Both the position numbers and the translations under genes were made by a program. Below are positions 19,900-30,982 of a stretch of DNA of 64,000 nt, one piece after another. This stretch comes from Nibricoccus sp. (GTDB taxonomy: Bacteria > Verrucomicrobiota > Verrucomicrobiia > Opitutales > Opitutaceae). The notes beneath the pieces are model-generated. The model did not search any database. It was not told the origin of the DNA and saw nothing but the letters and a program-made list of their open reading frames with translations. Positions within the stretch are counted from its first letter, which is position 1. Every line of letters starts with the position of its first letter. Location: positions 1,280,001 through 1,344,000 of the forward strand of contig JASGHG010000001.1 of assembly GCA_047602425.1 (NCBI GenBank), written 5' to 3'.

Positions 19900-20478
19900 A
19901 TGCCAAGCGCCATCGCCATTTGTGGAAGTCCGCGTCGTTATGGTAACACCGAAACGCTCCTTGAGCGCGCATTGAACCGGCTGAAAGCCCAGGGTATTCC
20001 GGGCGAGCTGATCGCCCTTAGCGGCAAAACAATTCGCGGCTGCACCGCATGCAATGGCTGCCGCGATTCGAAGGACTGGACTTGCCCAACCATCCAGGAC
20101 GACGACTTCCCGCCGATCATGCAGGCCATGTTGCGCGCCGACATCATCATCGTCGGTTCGCCGGTGTACTTTGGTTCGGCTTCGCCCGAGTTGATGGCAC
20201 TGCTGGATCGCGCAGGCTATGTCTCCAAAGCCAACGGCGATCTTTTCGCGCGCAAAATCGGCGGTCCCATCGCCGTCGCCCGCCGCGCCGGCCACAACTT
20301 CACGTATGCCCAGCTTTTAATGTGGTATATGATCAACGACATGGTCGTGCCCGGCTCAAGCTACTGGAACGTCGCGCTCGCCCAAAATATGGGCGACGTC
20401 CTGCAGGACGAGGAAGCGTTGGAAACAGTCGATCGCTTTGCTGACAACCTCGCGTGGCTGGCGGGGAAGTTGGGGTGA
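19900..20478 (+). CDS. Flavodoxin-family iron-sulfur flavoprotein
   Basis: Motifs GSPRRYGNT, CxxCxxC..C, GSPVYF and ARRAG. Confidence 0.92.
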   Translation: MPSAIAICGSPRRYGNTETLLERALNRLKAQGIPGELIALSGKTIRGCTACNGCRDSKDWTCPTIQDDDFPPIMQAMLRADIIIVGSPVYFGSASPELMALLDRAGYVSKANGDLFARKIGGPIAVARRAGHNFTYAQLLMWYMINDMVVPGSSYWNVALAQNMGDVLQDEEALETVDRFADNLAWLAGKLG

Positions 20479-20519
20479 GACTCATTCTACATCACCGCTT
20501 TGGTTGATTGCTTCTCCTC

Positions 20520-21311
20520 ATGATCCGAACAATCGCATTCTCTATAATAACCTTTGCCATTGGTGTATTCATTGGACGCATCTGGCAAAAGCCGACACCT
20601 ACATCGGTTATTCAAACCGAGCAATTACCTAAACCAATGTCTCAAGTGCAAGTGCCCGAGACTACGTCGAAACAATCGCCAGCAATAAATTCTTCATCAT
20701 TTAGCGACCTACCCACAATAGAGAGATTGCAGAAGTTATCGCAGGCATTGTCCTGGCTTAAAAACAATGGGGGATACTATGCAGATATCCCCGTTTTCGG
20801 AGACCGTGGTATTAACCCAACATTTATCCAGCTCTTCGGCCTTTCGAATTCCGAACAAAAAATCCTCGAGGAAGCGATCGAAGGTGCAAGACGCCACAGC
20901 ATCGAAATGAGGACGCGGGCAGCAAAAATTACTGAAGCATCAAAAGGAGATGTATTAGTCGTCGAGATACCGACACAACCCGAAATTGGCGGTCAAATAT
21001 ATGACACACTTTTGGGTTCATTCCGTAGCGTATTAGGCACTGATAGATTTCGCTATTTCAACTTTTTCGCGGGCGAACCATTCGAACGAGCGTTGGATTC
21101 ATATGGTGCGCTACGTAACAAATTCGAAATCACGCGCATGATTTCCTCAAACGGGACAGTCTATTTTTCATACAAAAAGTATCATGGTGGACCAGGAGCT
21201 GAACTCAATAACTGGCATGGAGGTACACTCGATCCAGATGGCTTTGCCCAGTTCTTCCCCGAGATTGCGCCACTTATTCCACCTGCGTTTAAAATCAAAC
21301 CTGTTCGCTGA
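20520..21311 (+). CDS. Hypothetical membrane-anchored protein, AT-richer than its flanks
   Basis: N-terminal TM helix; many A/T-ending codons. Confidence 0.7.
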   Translation: MIRTIAFSIITFAIGVFIGRIWQKPTPTSVIQTEQLPKPMSQVQVPETTSKQSPAINSSSFSDLPTIERLQKLSQALSWLKNNGGYYADIPVFGDRGINPTFIQLFGLSNSEQKILEEAIEGARRHSIEMRTRAAKITEASKGDVLVVEIPTQPEIGGQIYDTLLGSFRSVLGTDRFRYFNFFAGEPFERALDSYGALRNKFEITRMISSNGTVYFSYKKYHGGPGAELNNWHGGTLDPDGFAQFFPEIAPLIPPAFKIKPVR

Positions 21312-23750
21312 TTACTCGCTCAACCACAACCCACACCCAAGCGCAGGGACAAATAGGTCGGCGCTGACTCCCTGAGCGGTATCGCGGGGTTTTGAACCGA
21401 AGAAACGTTCGTGATCGGCGAGTTGGCGCCAATTTGCCGAGGCGATTTCGTCGCCCACGTGGATAATGACGTCGTACATCGTCGGGTTCACCGCGAAGAG
21501 CAGGCGGCGCGAGCCCTGGCTGAAGTCAGCGTTGTAGATGGCAACAGTAGCAGTCGATTCAGGCGCGGAAAAGAATCGGAAGTAGGTCTCGCTCGGGCGC
21601 GAGAAGAGCCGCAGGAGCGAACCGATGTCGGAGCGTCGGAACGCGATCCAATCGGCAAAATAGGTATGCGTGGCCGAAAACCGATAAATGCGCCGGTAAT
21701 CGAGCGCGTTGACCGCACCCAGTTGGTAGGTGTTATTGATGCCGTTCTTCGAACGCAGAAAATCCTGGCCGGCCGAAAGCATTGGAATGCCAATCGAAGC
21801 GAAAAGCACCGCGGCCATCAGATGCGTGCGGCGGCGGTCATTGGCGGTCGGATCGGAACCGTTGAAATCCGGATTTTCCGTGATCATATCGATCCACGTG
21901 CGGTCATCGTGCGATTCGGTGTAATTCACGGTCTGCGCCGGCCATTTGGCAAAATGCCAGGGCGAGCCTTTGAGGAAATATTCGTAGGCTTCGCGCGAGG
22001 CGCCGCCACGAACAAAGTCGCGCAGGAAGTTTCTGTATCCATCGTTCCATGACGCCCAGCCGGTGTCGCGCAGCTGGCCCGCGATGTGACCGCGGTAGCT
22101 CCAAGGCTCCGCGATGAGGATGACATCGGGCTTCACGCGTTTGAGCGCGACTTCCACGTCCTTCAAGACATCGAGGCCGAGCAGTTCGGCGAGGTCGAGG
22201 CGGAAGCCGTCGACGCCGTACATTTCCACAAGGTGCGTAAGGCTGTCGATGATCAGGCGCTTGGCCATCGCGGCGTCGGCGCGCAGGTCGTTGCCGCAAC
22301 CGCTCCAGTTGGAAAGCTGCCCGGCACTGTCCATCTCGAAATAGTAGAGCTTGTCGATCAGCATCAAGTGGGCTGGCTCTCCCACGTGGTTATAGACGAC
22401 ATCGAGAATGACCGCGATGCCGCGTTTGTGAAAGGCGGCAACAAGTTCCTGCAATTCACCGATGCCCGAGGCGCGCAGCGGGTCGAGTGCGTAGCTGCTT
22501 TCTGGCGCAAAGTAATTGTTCGTCATGTAGCCCCAGTGGTATTCCTCGGGCGTGCGGTTATCGAATTCCTGCACGGGCTGGAGCTCGACGGCGTTGACGC
22601 CGAGGTGGTGCAGATAGAAACCGGGGCTTTCGACCCATTTGCGCAGGCCGGCAAAGCCGCGGCGTTCGCCAACGGCGAGCTTGGTCGGTGCACGTTCGAT
22701 GAGATCGCGGACGTGGGCCTCGGCAATGACCAGATCCTGCCAGGCCGGCGTGCGGAAAGAGCGATCGATTTGCGGCAGGAAAGACCGGTCGATCACGATG
22801 CCCGGGCCGGTGCGGTCGACGGTGGCGAGCGCGTAGGGATCAAGAATCTGCTGCGAAGCATCGAACTGGCCGAACACATCGCTAGGACCATCCACGTGAT
22901 ACCAGTAGTACCAACCATGAAGGTTTTCCGCGAGCGTGACTTCCCAAACGTGATCGGCACGACGCACCAGCGGATAGCGGTGCGTGGCTTCCGATTGCTT
23001 CAAGTCGTGCGCGACGCAGAGCTCCACACTGGAAGCACGCGAGGCGAAAAGGCGAAAGACGGTTTCGCCGCCGCGCACGATCGCTCCGAGCGGCACATCG
23101 CTCGCGTAGGAAAAAAGAAATTCGCCAGGCCGGATCGGCACGCTTTGGCCGGCTTCATCGCCCTGCCACAGCACCGTCCACGCCTCCGAGAGATCGAGCG
23201 GCGCCGCGACCGTGAATTGAAACAGGTGCTGGCCGGTGCGTTCAGGATCGACCATGAAGTTAATGTTGCCGCCTTCGTCCCGCACGGCGTTGGGCGCGTG
23301 GCCAGGCACATGGAGCCAGCGGTGTTCGCCGGTCACGAATTTGAAACGCACGAATGGATCGGCGTAGAAACGCTGGGCATTTCCCGACCAGAGCAATACC
23401 GAATCGCCGGCGAGTTTAGCGGGACGCAGTTGCCATTCGGCCTGGCCGATGCCGTTTTGCCAGCCATTGAAATCGCCCGCCAGGTAAACGGTTGTGCCTT
23501 CCGCCGCGAGGTCGGGGTAGCGGTCCAGCCGGAGGAAGAAAAAGATCTCGCCCTTCTTGTTGGCGAAGTAACCGCTTTCCGCGCCGAAGACGTAATCGGG
23601 GACTTTCGTGAGCGTGGTGAAAGTCGGGCCATCCGGACCCAGTAAAAGCGGTGGCGCGTAACGGGCTCGCCAGTCGCGTGTCAGCTCAATGACGCCGCGC
23701 GAAGGTGACTCAAGCCAGGCCTGGGCAATTCTACATTCGCGGTTAGACAT
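21312..23750 (-). CDS. GH13 pullulanase/glycogen-debranching enzyme with CBM48-like domains
   Basis: Motifs VELQPVQEF, YHWGY, DVVYNH, VDGFRLDLAE, IAEPW and YTESHDD; N-terminal VYLAGDFNGW. Confidence 0.92.
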   Translation of the reverse strand: MSNRECRIAQAWLESPSRGVIELTRDWRARYAPPLLLGPDGPTFTTLTKVPDYVFGAESGYFANKKGEIFFFLRLDRYPDLAAEGTTVYLAGDFNGWQNGIGQAEWQLRPAKLAGDSVLLWSGNAQRFYADPFVRFKFVTGEHRWLHVPGHAPNAVRDEGGNINFMVDPERTGQHLFQFTVAAPLDLSEAWTVLWQGDEAGQSVPIRPGEFLFSYASDVPLGAIVRGGETVFRLFASRASSVELCVAHDLKQSEATHRYPLVRRADHVWEVTLAENLHGWYYWYHVDGPSDVFGQFDASQQILDPYALATVDRTGPGIVIDRSFLPQIDRSFRTPAWQDLVIAEAHVRDLIERAPTKLAVGERRGFAGLRKWVESPGFYLHHLGVNAVELQPVQEFDNRTPEEYHWGYMTNNYFAPESSYALDPLRASGIGELQELVAAFHKRGIAVILDVVYNHVGEPAHLMLIDKLYYFEMDSAGQLSNWSGCGNDLRADAAMAKRLIIDSLTHLVEMYGVDGFRLDLAELLGLDVLKDVEVALKRVKPDVILIAEPWSYRGHIAGQLRDTGWASWNDGYRNFLRDFVRGGASREAYEYFLKGSPWHFAKWPAQTVNYTESHDDRTWIDMITENPDFNGSDPTANDRRRTHLMAAVLFASIGIPMLSAGQDFLRSKNGINNTYQLGAVNALDYRRIYRFSATHTYFADWIAFRRSDIGSLLRLFSRPSETYFRFFSAPESTATVAIYNADFSQGSRRLLFAVNPTMYDVIIHVGDEIASANWRQLADHERFFGSKPRDTAQGVSADLFVPALGCGLWLSE

Positions 23751-23855
23751 TTGGCGTTGGGCTGTATCATGCGCCGGGCCAGTTTCGCGGGACAAGACTC
23801 AAAATATGAAGTTTTAGTCCTTGCCGCCGACTCCCGTTCCCCGCAACGGGGCGAT

Positions 23856-24782
23856 TCACGGCGCAACTTCAAACGCGAGCATCACCGGGTGGCCGTCGAA
23901 ATACGGTGCCTGGGGCAGGCCGAGCAGGTAACACGCCGTGGCACAAGTGTCCTCGGTGCGCACTTCGAGCGCGGCGCTTTGCGTGAGGTCAAAATTTTTC
24001 CGCACTCCCGGACCGCACGCGATCCAAGGGATGTGACGGCTGCGAGCGTCGTCGACCCCGTGAGTCAAACCCGCACCGCCGTGATCGGCCGAGAGAATGA
24101 TGAAGGTCGACGACCGGATGCCAGCCTGATCAAGCGCAGCGAACAACTGACCAAGTTGGCGATCGGTTTTTTCAATGGCGGCATATTGTTCGGGCGAGCC
24201 CCACCCGTACTTGTGACCATTGGCGTCGACATCGGGGAAATGCACAAAGAGCAAATCCGTGGGCTTCGTCTCGATGAGCTTGATCGCGCTCGCGACGACC
24301 ACCTCGTTGTTGGAATTACCCTCTTCGGGCATGGCAACGAACGAAACGGTGCCGGGTTTGGCGAGAGCGGAAAACTTGGATTTCCCCGCAATCATCGCGG
24401 CGGAATACCCGGCCTTGGTCGCCATTTCGAAGAGAGTGGGCACTTTCGGGTAAACCGGTTCGGTAAAAGGCAAATCACGGTTCCACTCGATGCCATGTTT
24501 TCCCGGAGCCACGCCAGTCAACATGCTCGTGTGCGAGGGCAAAGTGATCGAGACGGCCGTTGTCTTCGCCCAAAACGTGTACGCGCCTTGTTTTAGGAGG
24601 CTGCGCAGGTTCGGCATATCAGCCAGCAGCGCGCGATCCGGCCTCAATCCATCAATGCTGATAATCAGCATGTGTTTCACCGCCGGAATTGGCCGCTGAG
24701 GTTTCGCCCAGGCGCTGGCAGTCTGCGCGCGGGAGACCACGGCAAAGAAAAGCATCACGATCGACGCGAACACGACTTTCAT
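23856..24782 (-). CDS. Alkaline phosphatase superfamily / nucleotide pyrophosphatase-phosphodiesterase
   Basis: Motifs ISIDGLRPD, TLPSHTSMLTG, DANGH and SADHGG; signal peptide. Confidence 0.9.
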   Translation of the reverse strand: MKVVFASIVMLFFAVVSRAQTASAWAKPQRPIPAVKHMLIISIDGLRPDRALLADMPNLRSLLKQGAYTFWAKTTAVSITLPSHTSMLTGVAPGKHGIEWNRDLPFTEPVYPKVPTLFEMATKAGYSAAMIAGKSKFSALAKPGTVSFVAMPEEGNSNNEVVVASAIKLIETKPTDLLFVHFPDVDANGHKYGWGSPEQYAAIEKTDRQLGQLFAALDQAGIRSSTFIILSADHGGAGLTHGVDDARSRHIPWIACGPGVRKNFDLTQSAALEVRTEDTCATACYLLGLPQAPYFDGHPVMLAFEVAP

Positions 24783-24870
24783 GGATGCCATGTCACCCGG
24801 TCTGCACCGCATTGTAAAGCCCCGGCCGGTGACGTTCAGTTGACAACACCGCCCTGCCTCAGTCGTCGTA

Positions 24871-25959
24871 GTGCCAGTGTCCAATCGCGAAAAGATCCTC
24901 GTCGCCATGTCCGGTGGAGTCGACAGCTCCGTCGCCGCCCTGCTTTTGAAAGAACAGGGCTACGACCTCGTCGGCGCGTACATGAAGAACTGGATCAATG
25001 AGGACAATATTGTCGGTCATTGCCCATGGCAGCAGGACATCGAGGACGCCCGCGCCGTCGCGGACAAGCTCGGCATCGAGTTTCGCGTGGTCAACCTCAT
25101 GCAGGAATACCGCGAACGCGTCGTGGCGTATTTGCTCGATGGTTACAAACGCGGTCTCACGCCCAATCCCGACATCATGTGCAACCGGGAAATCAAGTTC
25201 GGCGTTTTCCGCGCGTGGGCAAAGGACCATGGTTTCGCCGCCGTCGCCACCGGCCACTATGCACGGCGCGAACAAAATGCCGATGGCACTTTCTCGCTGC
25301 TCGAAGGCGCGGATAAAAACAAGGACCAGTCGTACTTTCTCGCGTTGCTCGATCAGGATCAGTTGCGCGACGCCCGCTTTCCCATTGGCCATCTGCCAAA
25401 ACCTGAACTCCGCCAAATCGCCAGCAAGGCGAGCCTCGCCACCGCCGCGAAAAAGGACAGCCAGGGCATCTGCTTCATTGGCGAAGTGAAGATGCAGGAT
25501 TTCCTCCGCCAATACGTGCCTGACGAACCGGGTCCCATCGTCCGAGCGACCGATGGCAGGGAGCTCGGTCGACACCGTGGCCTGCACTATTACACCATCG
25601 GCCAGCGCCGGGGCATCGGCGTGCCTTCCAACACCGACTTCGAGAAATACGTCGTCGTCGGCAAACGCGCCAGCGACCGCGCCCTGCTCGTCGCCTTCGA
25701 TCACAACGACGCGCCCGGACTCTTCGTTTCAGAAATCCGGATACACTCGCTTCGCTGGAATGCCGAACCAATAACTATCCCTCGACAGCTCGACGGCCGC
25801 GTGCGCTATCGCGATCCGCGTGTGGCTTTGGAATTTATTCCCGAACCAGGCGACACCGCACTCATTCGCTTCCGCGAACCGCAGCGCGCCCTCGCTTCCG
25901 GCCAAATCCTCGCCCTCCACGACGGCGAACGCCTCCTCGGCGGCGGCGTGTACGTTTAG
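24871..25959 (+). CDS. mnmA: tRNA 2-thiouridine(34) synthase MnmA
   Basis: Motifs [48 protein letters not shown] and TIGQRRG. Confidence 0.98.
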   Translation: MPVSNREKILVAMSGGVDSSVAALLLKEQGYDLVGAYMKNWINEDNIVGHCPWQQDIEDARAVADKLGIEFRVVNLMQEYRERVVAYLLDGYKRGLTPNPDIMCNREIKFGVFRAWAKDHGFAAVATGHYARREQNADGTFSLLEGADKNKDQSYFLALLDQDQLRDARFPIGHLPKPELRQIASKASLATAAKKDSQGICFIGEVKMQDFLRQYVPDEPGPIVRATDGRELGRHRGLHYYTIGQRRGIGVPSNTDFEKYVVVGKRASDRALLVAFDHNDAPGLFVSEIRIHSLRWNAEPITIPRQLDGRVRYRDPRVALEFIPEPGDTALIRFREPQRALASGQILALHDGERLLGGGVYV

Positions 25960-26175
25960 ACCGCCTTTTCGGCAAGCCGTTGAGTCAGCTTGGCTTCCCC
26001 TCCTGTCCATTGAGTTGGCCAAGACACACTCTAATATTCGGTAGTAGGAATCGATTACCGTCCCGAAGGATCACTAATACTCTTTACCTTTTGTACCTGT
26101 CTGGTGTGTTCTACCCCAATCTCACAAGGGAGGCCCTTGGGAGCCCTGTCCAGCATCAACCTTAGCTTATCGCCC

Positions 26176-29100
26176 ATGACTTCGCCATCTCTCAAGGCGC
26201 GTGTGTTCGCGCTCGTTTCCTGCATTGCCGTCAGCCTTGCCCTTCCCCTTGTCGCTAGCGCAGCCTCCACTGTGTTGCCCGTTTCAAAAACCGTCGGGAG
26301 CGGCTCAGTTCGGTACAACCTGTCCGTCACCAGCGATACCACATGGACAGCCACAACCAACGCCAGCTGGGTCACCCTGACGCAGAGCACGGGCGCCTAC
26401 TCTACCGGTATTGTCGTCACCGCCACGGCTAATTCCACCGACGCCGATCGCTCCGCGACGATCACGATCGATGGACAGACTCACACTCTCACCCAACGCG
26501 CACGCGCCACCGCAACAACCGACTGCTGGGGCATGGGTGATAATGGTTCCGGCGAACTCGGCGATTATACGGCTTCCCAACGGAGCACACCTGTTCAGAT
26601 CGCCTCCGGCACGCGAGTATGGGCCGCTTACGAACAAACATTCATCGAGAAAACCGGCGGCGGGCTCTATTCCTCTGGCTGGAACGGCGTCTGGCAGCTA
26701 GGTACTGGTTCGACCCAGCGTTCGTCCAGTATTCTCGCCCCAGTGACCGTCGCATCCATTTCCACGACGGGCGTGCTAGACATGGCCACAACCATCAACA
26801 ACAGCTACTTCATCAAGCCAGACGGCACACTCATTGCAATCGGCAGCAACTCAGACAACCAACTCGGCAACACGTCTTCGTCCTCCACGAGCACCGGCGT
26901 CACCGTCGCAACAGGGGTCAAAGCGGTAGCGGCCGGGTTCAACTTTTGCCTCTTCCTCAAGACCGACAACACCCTCTGGGGCATGGGCCGCAATGACTCC
27001 GGCCAATTAGGCGATGGTTCCACCACCACACCCAACACACCGATCCAAATTGCCACCGACGTCGTTTCGATCGCAACGGGCGACCGTCATAGTCTCTTCA
27101 TCAAAACTGACGGCTCCCTGTGGGGCATGGGGTCCAATAGCGCCAGCCAATTAGGCAATGGTAACACGACACAACAAACGACACCCATTTCCATCGCAAC
27201 CGGCGTCTCTTCCATTTCAGCGTCGTCTTCCACCAGTTTCTTTATCAAATCAGATGGGACCCTCTGGGGCATGGGATTGAGAGGCGGCGGCATCCTCGGC
27301 ATCTCTGGCGGAGGCACTCAGACCACACCCGTTCAAGTTGCGACCAATGCATCGTCGGTGGCTGCAGGCCAGGACTCCACCGCTTACATCAACACGAGCG
27401 GCCAATTGCTCACAACCGGCGACAACACCTACGGCCAACTTGGCGATGCCACCCTAAACTCCCGCGCCTTCTTCGTCGTGGTCGCAAGCGGAGTGCAAGC
27501 CGTCGCCGCCGGCTACGATCATTTCGTTTTCAAGAAAATCGACGGCTCGGTGTGGACAGTCGGCAGCAACAAAGATGGCCAACTCGCCGACAGCGCAAAC
27601 ACCAACAATTACAGACCGGTCCACGTTCTTAACGACGTCAAGGATGTCGCCGCCGGTCGCAACCATTCGCTGTTGGTCAAAACCGACGGCACACTCTGGA
27701 CGACAGGGCTAAACCTCTGGGGCGAACTTGGCGATGGGACATTCAACAACCACAATGTACCCGTGCAGGTGGCGACCAATGTTGCTGCCGCGGCCGGAGG
27801 CAACTCCCATAGTATTTTTCTAAAGAACGACGGTACTCTTTGGGGAATGGGATCCGGTTCGTCCGGAGCTTTGGGCAATGGTTCCACGTCCACCCGCACC
27901 AGCCCGACCCAGTTCGCCAGCGATGTGACCGCGATGTCCACGGGATTTGGCCACACGTTGTTCCTCAAATCCGACGGCACGCTCTGGGCCACCGGCTTGA
28001 ACGATCACGGCCAGCTCGGCGACGGCACCATCACAAACCGAACTACCCCTTATCAGGTATCTACCGGGGTCAAGGCCATCGCCGCAGGCCTGCACCACAG
28101 TATGTTTGTCAAGACCGACGGCACACTCTGGGCCATGGGTTACAATGCCTATTATCAACTCGGCAATGGTTCGACGACGGATCAACTCTCCCCGATCCAG
28201 GTTGCCAGCGACGTCGCAGCGGTCACGTGCGGAGGTTATCTCACAACAACAGCGTTCAGCCTCATCATCAAAACCGACGGCACGCTCTGGGGCGTGGGCT
28301 CCAACGGCTCTTATCAACTCGGCCGCACCTCCCCGTCCGTCGTCACCGCGTGGACCCAACTTGCCACCAACGTCAGTAAAGTCGCCGCTGGCAACTATCA
28401 CACCGTATTCGTTAAGAACGACAAAACCCTGTGGGCATGCGGTTCCAGCAGTTCGGGCCAACTCGGCAACGGAACCTCCAACTATGTTTCCACCCCACAA
28501 CTGATTGCCTCCAACATCGAGTCGGTTTCCGCCGGTTATGATTTCACGATCTTCGTCTCCTCCGGCGAAATCACAGCAGGAGCGCCTACCATTACCGCTT
28601 CTCCCCCCAATCTGATTATCGACTACAGTCTGAATGCCAGCTTCACCGCCAGCGCAATCGGCACGCCCTCTCCGACCTATCAATGGCAGGTCTCGATTAA
28701 CGGCGGCACCACTTGGACCGACCTTTCCAATACCGCTCCCTACTCCGGTGCGACATCGGCCACACTCATTATCGCCACCCCCACGGGCGCTTTCAGCGGC
28801 AACAAATATCGCTGTCTCGCAATCAACACGGCAGGCACCGCAATTAGCGATTCAGCCACGCTCACGGTCAACTCGCCGCCCGTCATCACCAGTCCGACCA
28901 CCGCCTCCGCCACGGTCGGCGCTGTATTCAGTTATCAGATCGTCGCAGACTACAGCCCAGCCAGCTACTCCGCCACCGGCCTCCCCGCCGGACTGAGCAT
29001 CAATACCAGCACTGGCGCCATCACTGGCACACCCACCAACGCCGGCGCGAAGGTCGTGACCCTTTCCGCAACCAACGCTTATGGTACGGGCACCGCCACC

Positions 29101-30786
29101 CTGACCCTGACCGTGGCCAAAGCCGCCGCTACCGTTACCCTGAGCAATATCGCCCAAGCCTACGACGGCACCCAGAAGTCCGCCACCGCTACCACCAGTC
29201 CGGCCGGATTAACCGTTGCGCTGACTTACAACGGGAGTTCGACGGCACCAACCAAGCCCGGCAGCTACCCGCTCGTCGCCACCATCAACGACGCCAACTA
29301 CTCCGGATCGACAACGGGTAACTTTGTAATCTCCGCCCTGCAAGCTCCGGTCGTTCCCGACGGCTATGCGTCCACCGCGACTGGCGGCGGCGCCCAGATT
29401 GTCACCACCGTGACCACCGCGGCTGCGCTCAAAACCGCCGCCGAAGCCACTGCTGCCGCCGTCATCACCATCGATGGCTCACTCGATCTTTCGACCCTCA
29501 GCCCAGCCGGTGTGATCAACGTCGCATCCAACAAAACCATCCAAGGCATCGATGCCGATGCCACCATCATCGGCAACCTCTCGCTAGGCACAGGCGTGCA
29601 AAACGTCGTCATCCGCGGCTTGAACATCACCAACCCCAACGGCGACGGCGTCACCCTCGCCGGCGCGAGCAATGTCTTCATCAACCATTGCACGTTCTTC
29701 AACTGCTCGGGATATCTGCTTAACATTAATTCCTTCTCAACCAGCATCACGGCGTCTTGGAACGAGTTCTACTACACAATCGCGCAAACCAGCCACCGGT
29801 ATGCAGTCCGCGTCTACAGCGTGAAAAGCAGCGGGCCTGTCGGTGTGACCGCCCCCATGTTCGTGAGCCTGCATCACAATTGGTGGTCAACGCTGTGCGA
29901 CCAAGCCCTGCCCGAGGTCGATTATGACGGCGCCTATGTTCATTTGTATAACAACTACTACAATCTTACCGGCAACACTGCCGGCATTTCGGCCCTGACC
30001 AAATCCCAGCTCCTCGTCGAGCGCAGCTATTTCACGGGCTTGAACACAGCGTTGAGCAAGAGCGGTGGCGGCCTGATCAAGGCCATCGACAATAACCTTG
30101 TCAGCATCGCGATCTCCCCCGGCGTCAACGACGACCTGGTCTTCACGCCTTCATATTCATACGAACTTATTCCTACCGCCAATTTGCCTGCAACCTTAAC
30201 CGCTCCGGCCCCCGCCGCCGGCGCAGGAAATATCGCCGGCGCTTCCTCCGTAACTCCGACCATCAAAAACGCCACTATCACCGGCGCACCGACTTCAGCG
30301 GTGGCGGCGGGCGGCGCCTTTACACTCACCGCGGCTCCCGTGGGTTTCACCGGCACGGCCTACCAGTGGCGCCTAAACAATGCGAACCTGGCCAGCGCAA
30401 CCGCCGCAACTTACCAGGTCGCAAACATGCAAAGCGCCAATGCCGGCACGTACACTGTCGTGATCAGCGGCAGTGCGTCGGGCAACGACGTGGTCAGTGC
30501 GCCAGTGTCAATCTCTCTGGCCAGCAGCAGTTCGAGTTCGTCGTCCTCAAGCAGCTCAAGCAGTTCCTCTTCCTCGGGTTCATCCTCAAGCAGCAGTTCC
30601 TCGTCGTCTTCGTCCAGCAGTTCCAGTTCCTCCTCCAGTTCCGGCGCTCCAACTCCTCCGCCCACTAACAACAGTGGTCAGGCTGGCGCACCTGGCATTT
30701 GGTTCGATCTGGCGCTTGTAACCGCGATTATCGTGAGGTTCCGGTCGCTACGGGTCCAACGAATGATCCGCGCGGACCGCGAATAA
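26176..30786 (+). CDS. Large secreted protein: BACON, RCC1 repeats, Ig/MBG-like domains, pectate-lyase-like beta-helix, poly-Ser linker and C-terminal membrane tail
   Basis: Many 'HSLFIKTDGTLWxxGxNxxGQLGDG' repeats; TWTATTNASWVT; SNKTIQG..NVVIRGLNI..VHLYNNYY; start set at ATG 26176. Confidence 0.9.
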   Translation: MTSPSLKARVFALVSCIAVSLALPLVASAASTVLPVSKTVGSGSVRYNLSVTSDTTWTATTNASWVTLTQSTGAYSTGIVVTATANSTDADRSATITIDGQTHTLTQRARATATTDCWGMGDNGSGELGDYTASQRSTPVQIASGTRVWAAYEQTFIEKTGGGLYSSGWNGVWQLGTGSTQRSSSILAPVTVASISTTGVLDMATTINNSYFIKPDGTLIAIGSNSDNQLGNTSSSSTSTGVTVATGVKAVAAGFNFCLFLKTDNTLWGMGRNDSGQLGDGSTTTPNTPIQIATDVVSIATGDRHSLFIKTDGSLWGMGSNSASQLGNGNTTQQTTPISIATGVSSISASSSTSFFIKSDGTLWGMGLRGGGILGISGGGTQTTPVQVATNASSVAAGQDSTAYINTSGQLLTTGDNTYGQLGDATLNSRAFFVVVASGVQAVAAGYDHFVFKKIDGSVWTVGSNKDGQLADSANTNNYRPVHVLNDVKDVAAGRNHSLLVKTDGTLWTTGLNLWGELGDGTFNNHNVPVQVATNVAAAAGGNSHSIFLKNDGTLWGMGSGSSGALGNGSTSTRTSPTQFASDVTAMSTGFGHTLFLKSDGTLWATGLNDHGQLGDGTITNRTTPYQVSTGVKAIAAGLHHSMFVKTDGTLWAMGYNAYYQLGNGSTTDQLSPIQVASDVAAVTCGGYLTTTAFSLIIKTDGTLWGVGSNGSYQLGRTSPSVVTAWTQLATNVSKVAAGNYHTVFVKNDKTLWACGSSSSGQLGNGTSNYVSTPQLIASNIESVSAGYDFTIFVSSGEITAGAPTITASPPNLIIDYSLNASFTASAIGTPSPTYQWQVSINGGTTWTDLSNTAPYSGATSATLIIATPTGAFSGNKYRCLAINTAGTAISDSATLTVNSPPVITSPTTASATVGAVFSYQIVADYSPASYSATGLPAGLSINTSTGAITGTPTNAGAKVVTLSATNAYGTGTATLTLTVAKAAATVTLSNIAQAYDGTQKSATATTSPAGLTVALTYNGSSTAPTKPGSYPLVATINDANYSGSTTGNFVISALQAPVVPDGYASTATGGGAQIVTTVTTAAALKTAAEATAAAVITIDGSLDLSTLSPAGVINVASNKTIQGIDADATIIGNLSLGTGVQNVVIRGLNITNPNGDGVTLAGASNVFINHCTFFNCSGYLLNINSFSTSITASWNEFYYTIAQTSHRYAVRVYSVKSSGPVGVTAPMFVSLHHNWWSTLCDQALPEVDYDGAYVHLYNNYYNLTGNTAGISALTKSQLLVERSYFTGLNTALSKSGGGLIKAIDNNLVSIAISPGVNDDLVFTPSYSYELIPTANLPATLTAPAPAAGAGNIAGASSVTPTIKNATITGAPTSAVAAGGAFTLTAAPVGFTGTAYQWRLNNANLASATAATYQVANMQSANAGTYTVVISGSASGNDVVSAPVSISLASSSSSSSSSSSSSSSSSSGSSSSSSSSSSSSSSSSSSSSSGAPTPPPTNNSGQAGAPGIWFDLALVTAIIVRFRSLRVQRMIRADRE
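30523..30642 (+). repeat. Poly-serine linker coding tract
   Basis: About 40 codons, almost all Ser, using mixed AGC/AGT/TCN codons. Confidence 0.9.
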
Positions 30787-30982
30787 GCCTGCTCCGACCA
30801 ACCAAGGGTTACCGATCGTATGGGGGAAAAGCATTCGCCCTTCTGGCGGGCGAATGCCTCATTGGCGGCTGGGATGTAACGGTAATATTAAAAAACAGCT
30901 GTTTGGTTGTTAGGGTTTGCCACATCCGCCGGCTCGGCGAGGAAGGAGGGGTACAACGACTTTCGGAAGGCCCCTTCGTCCC

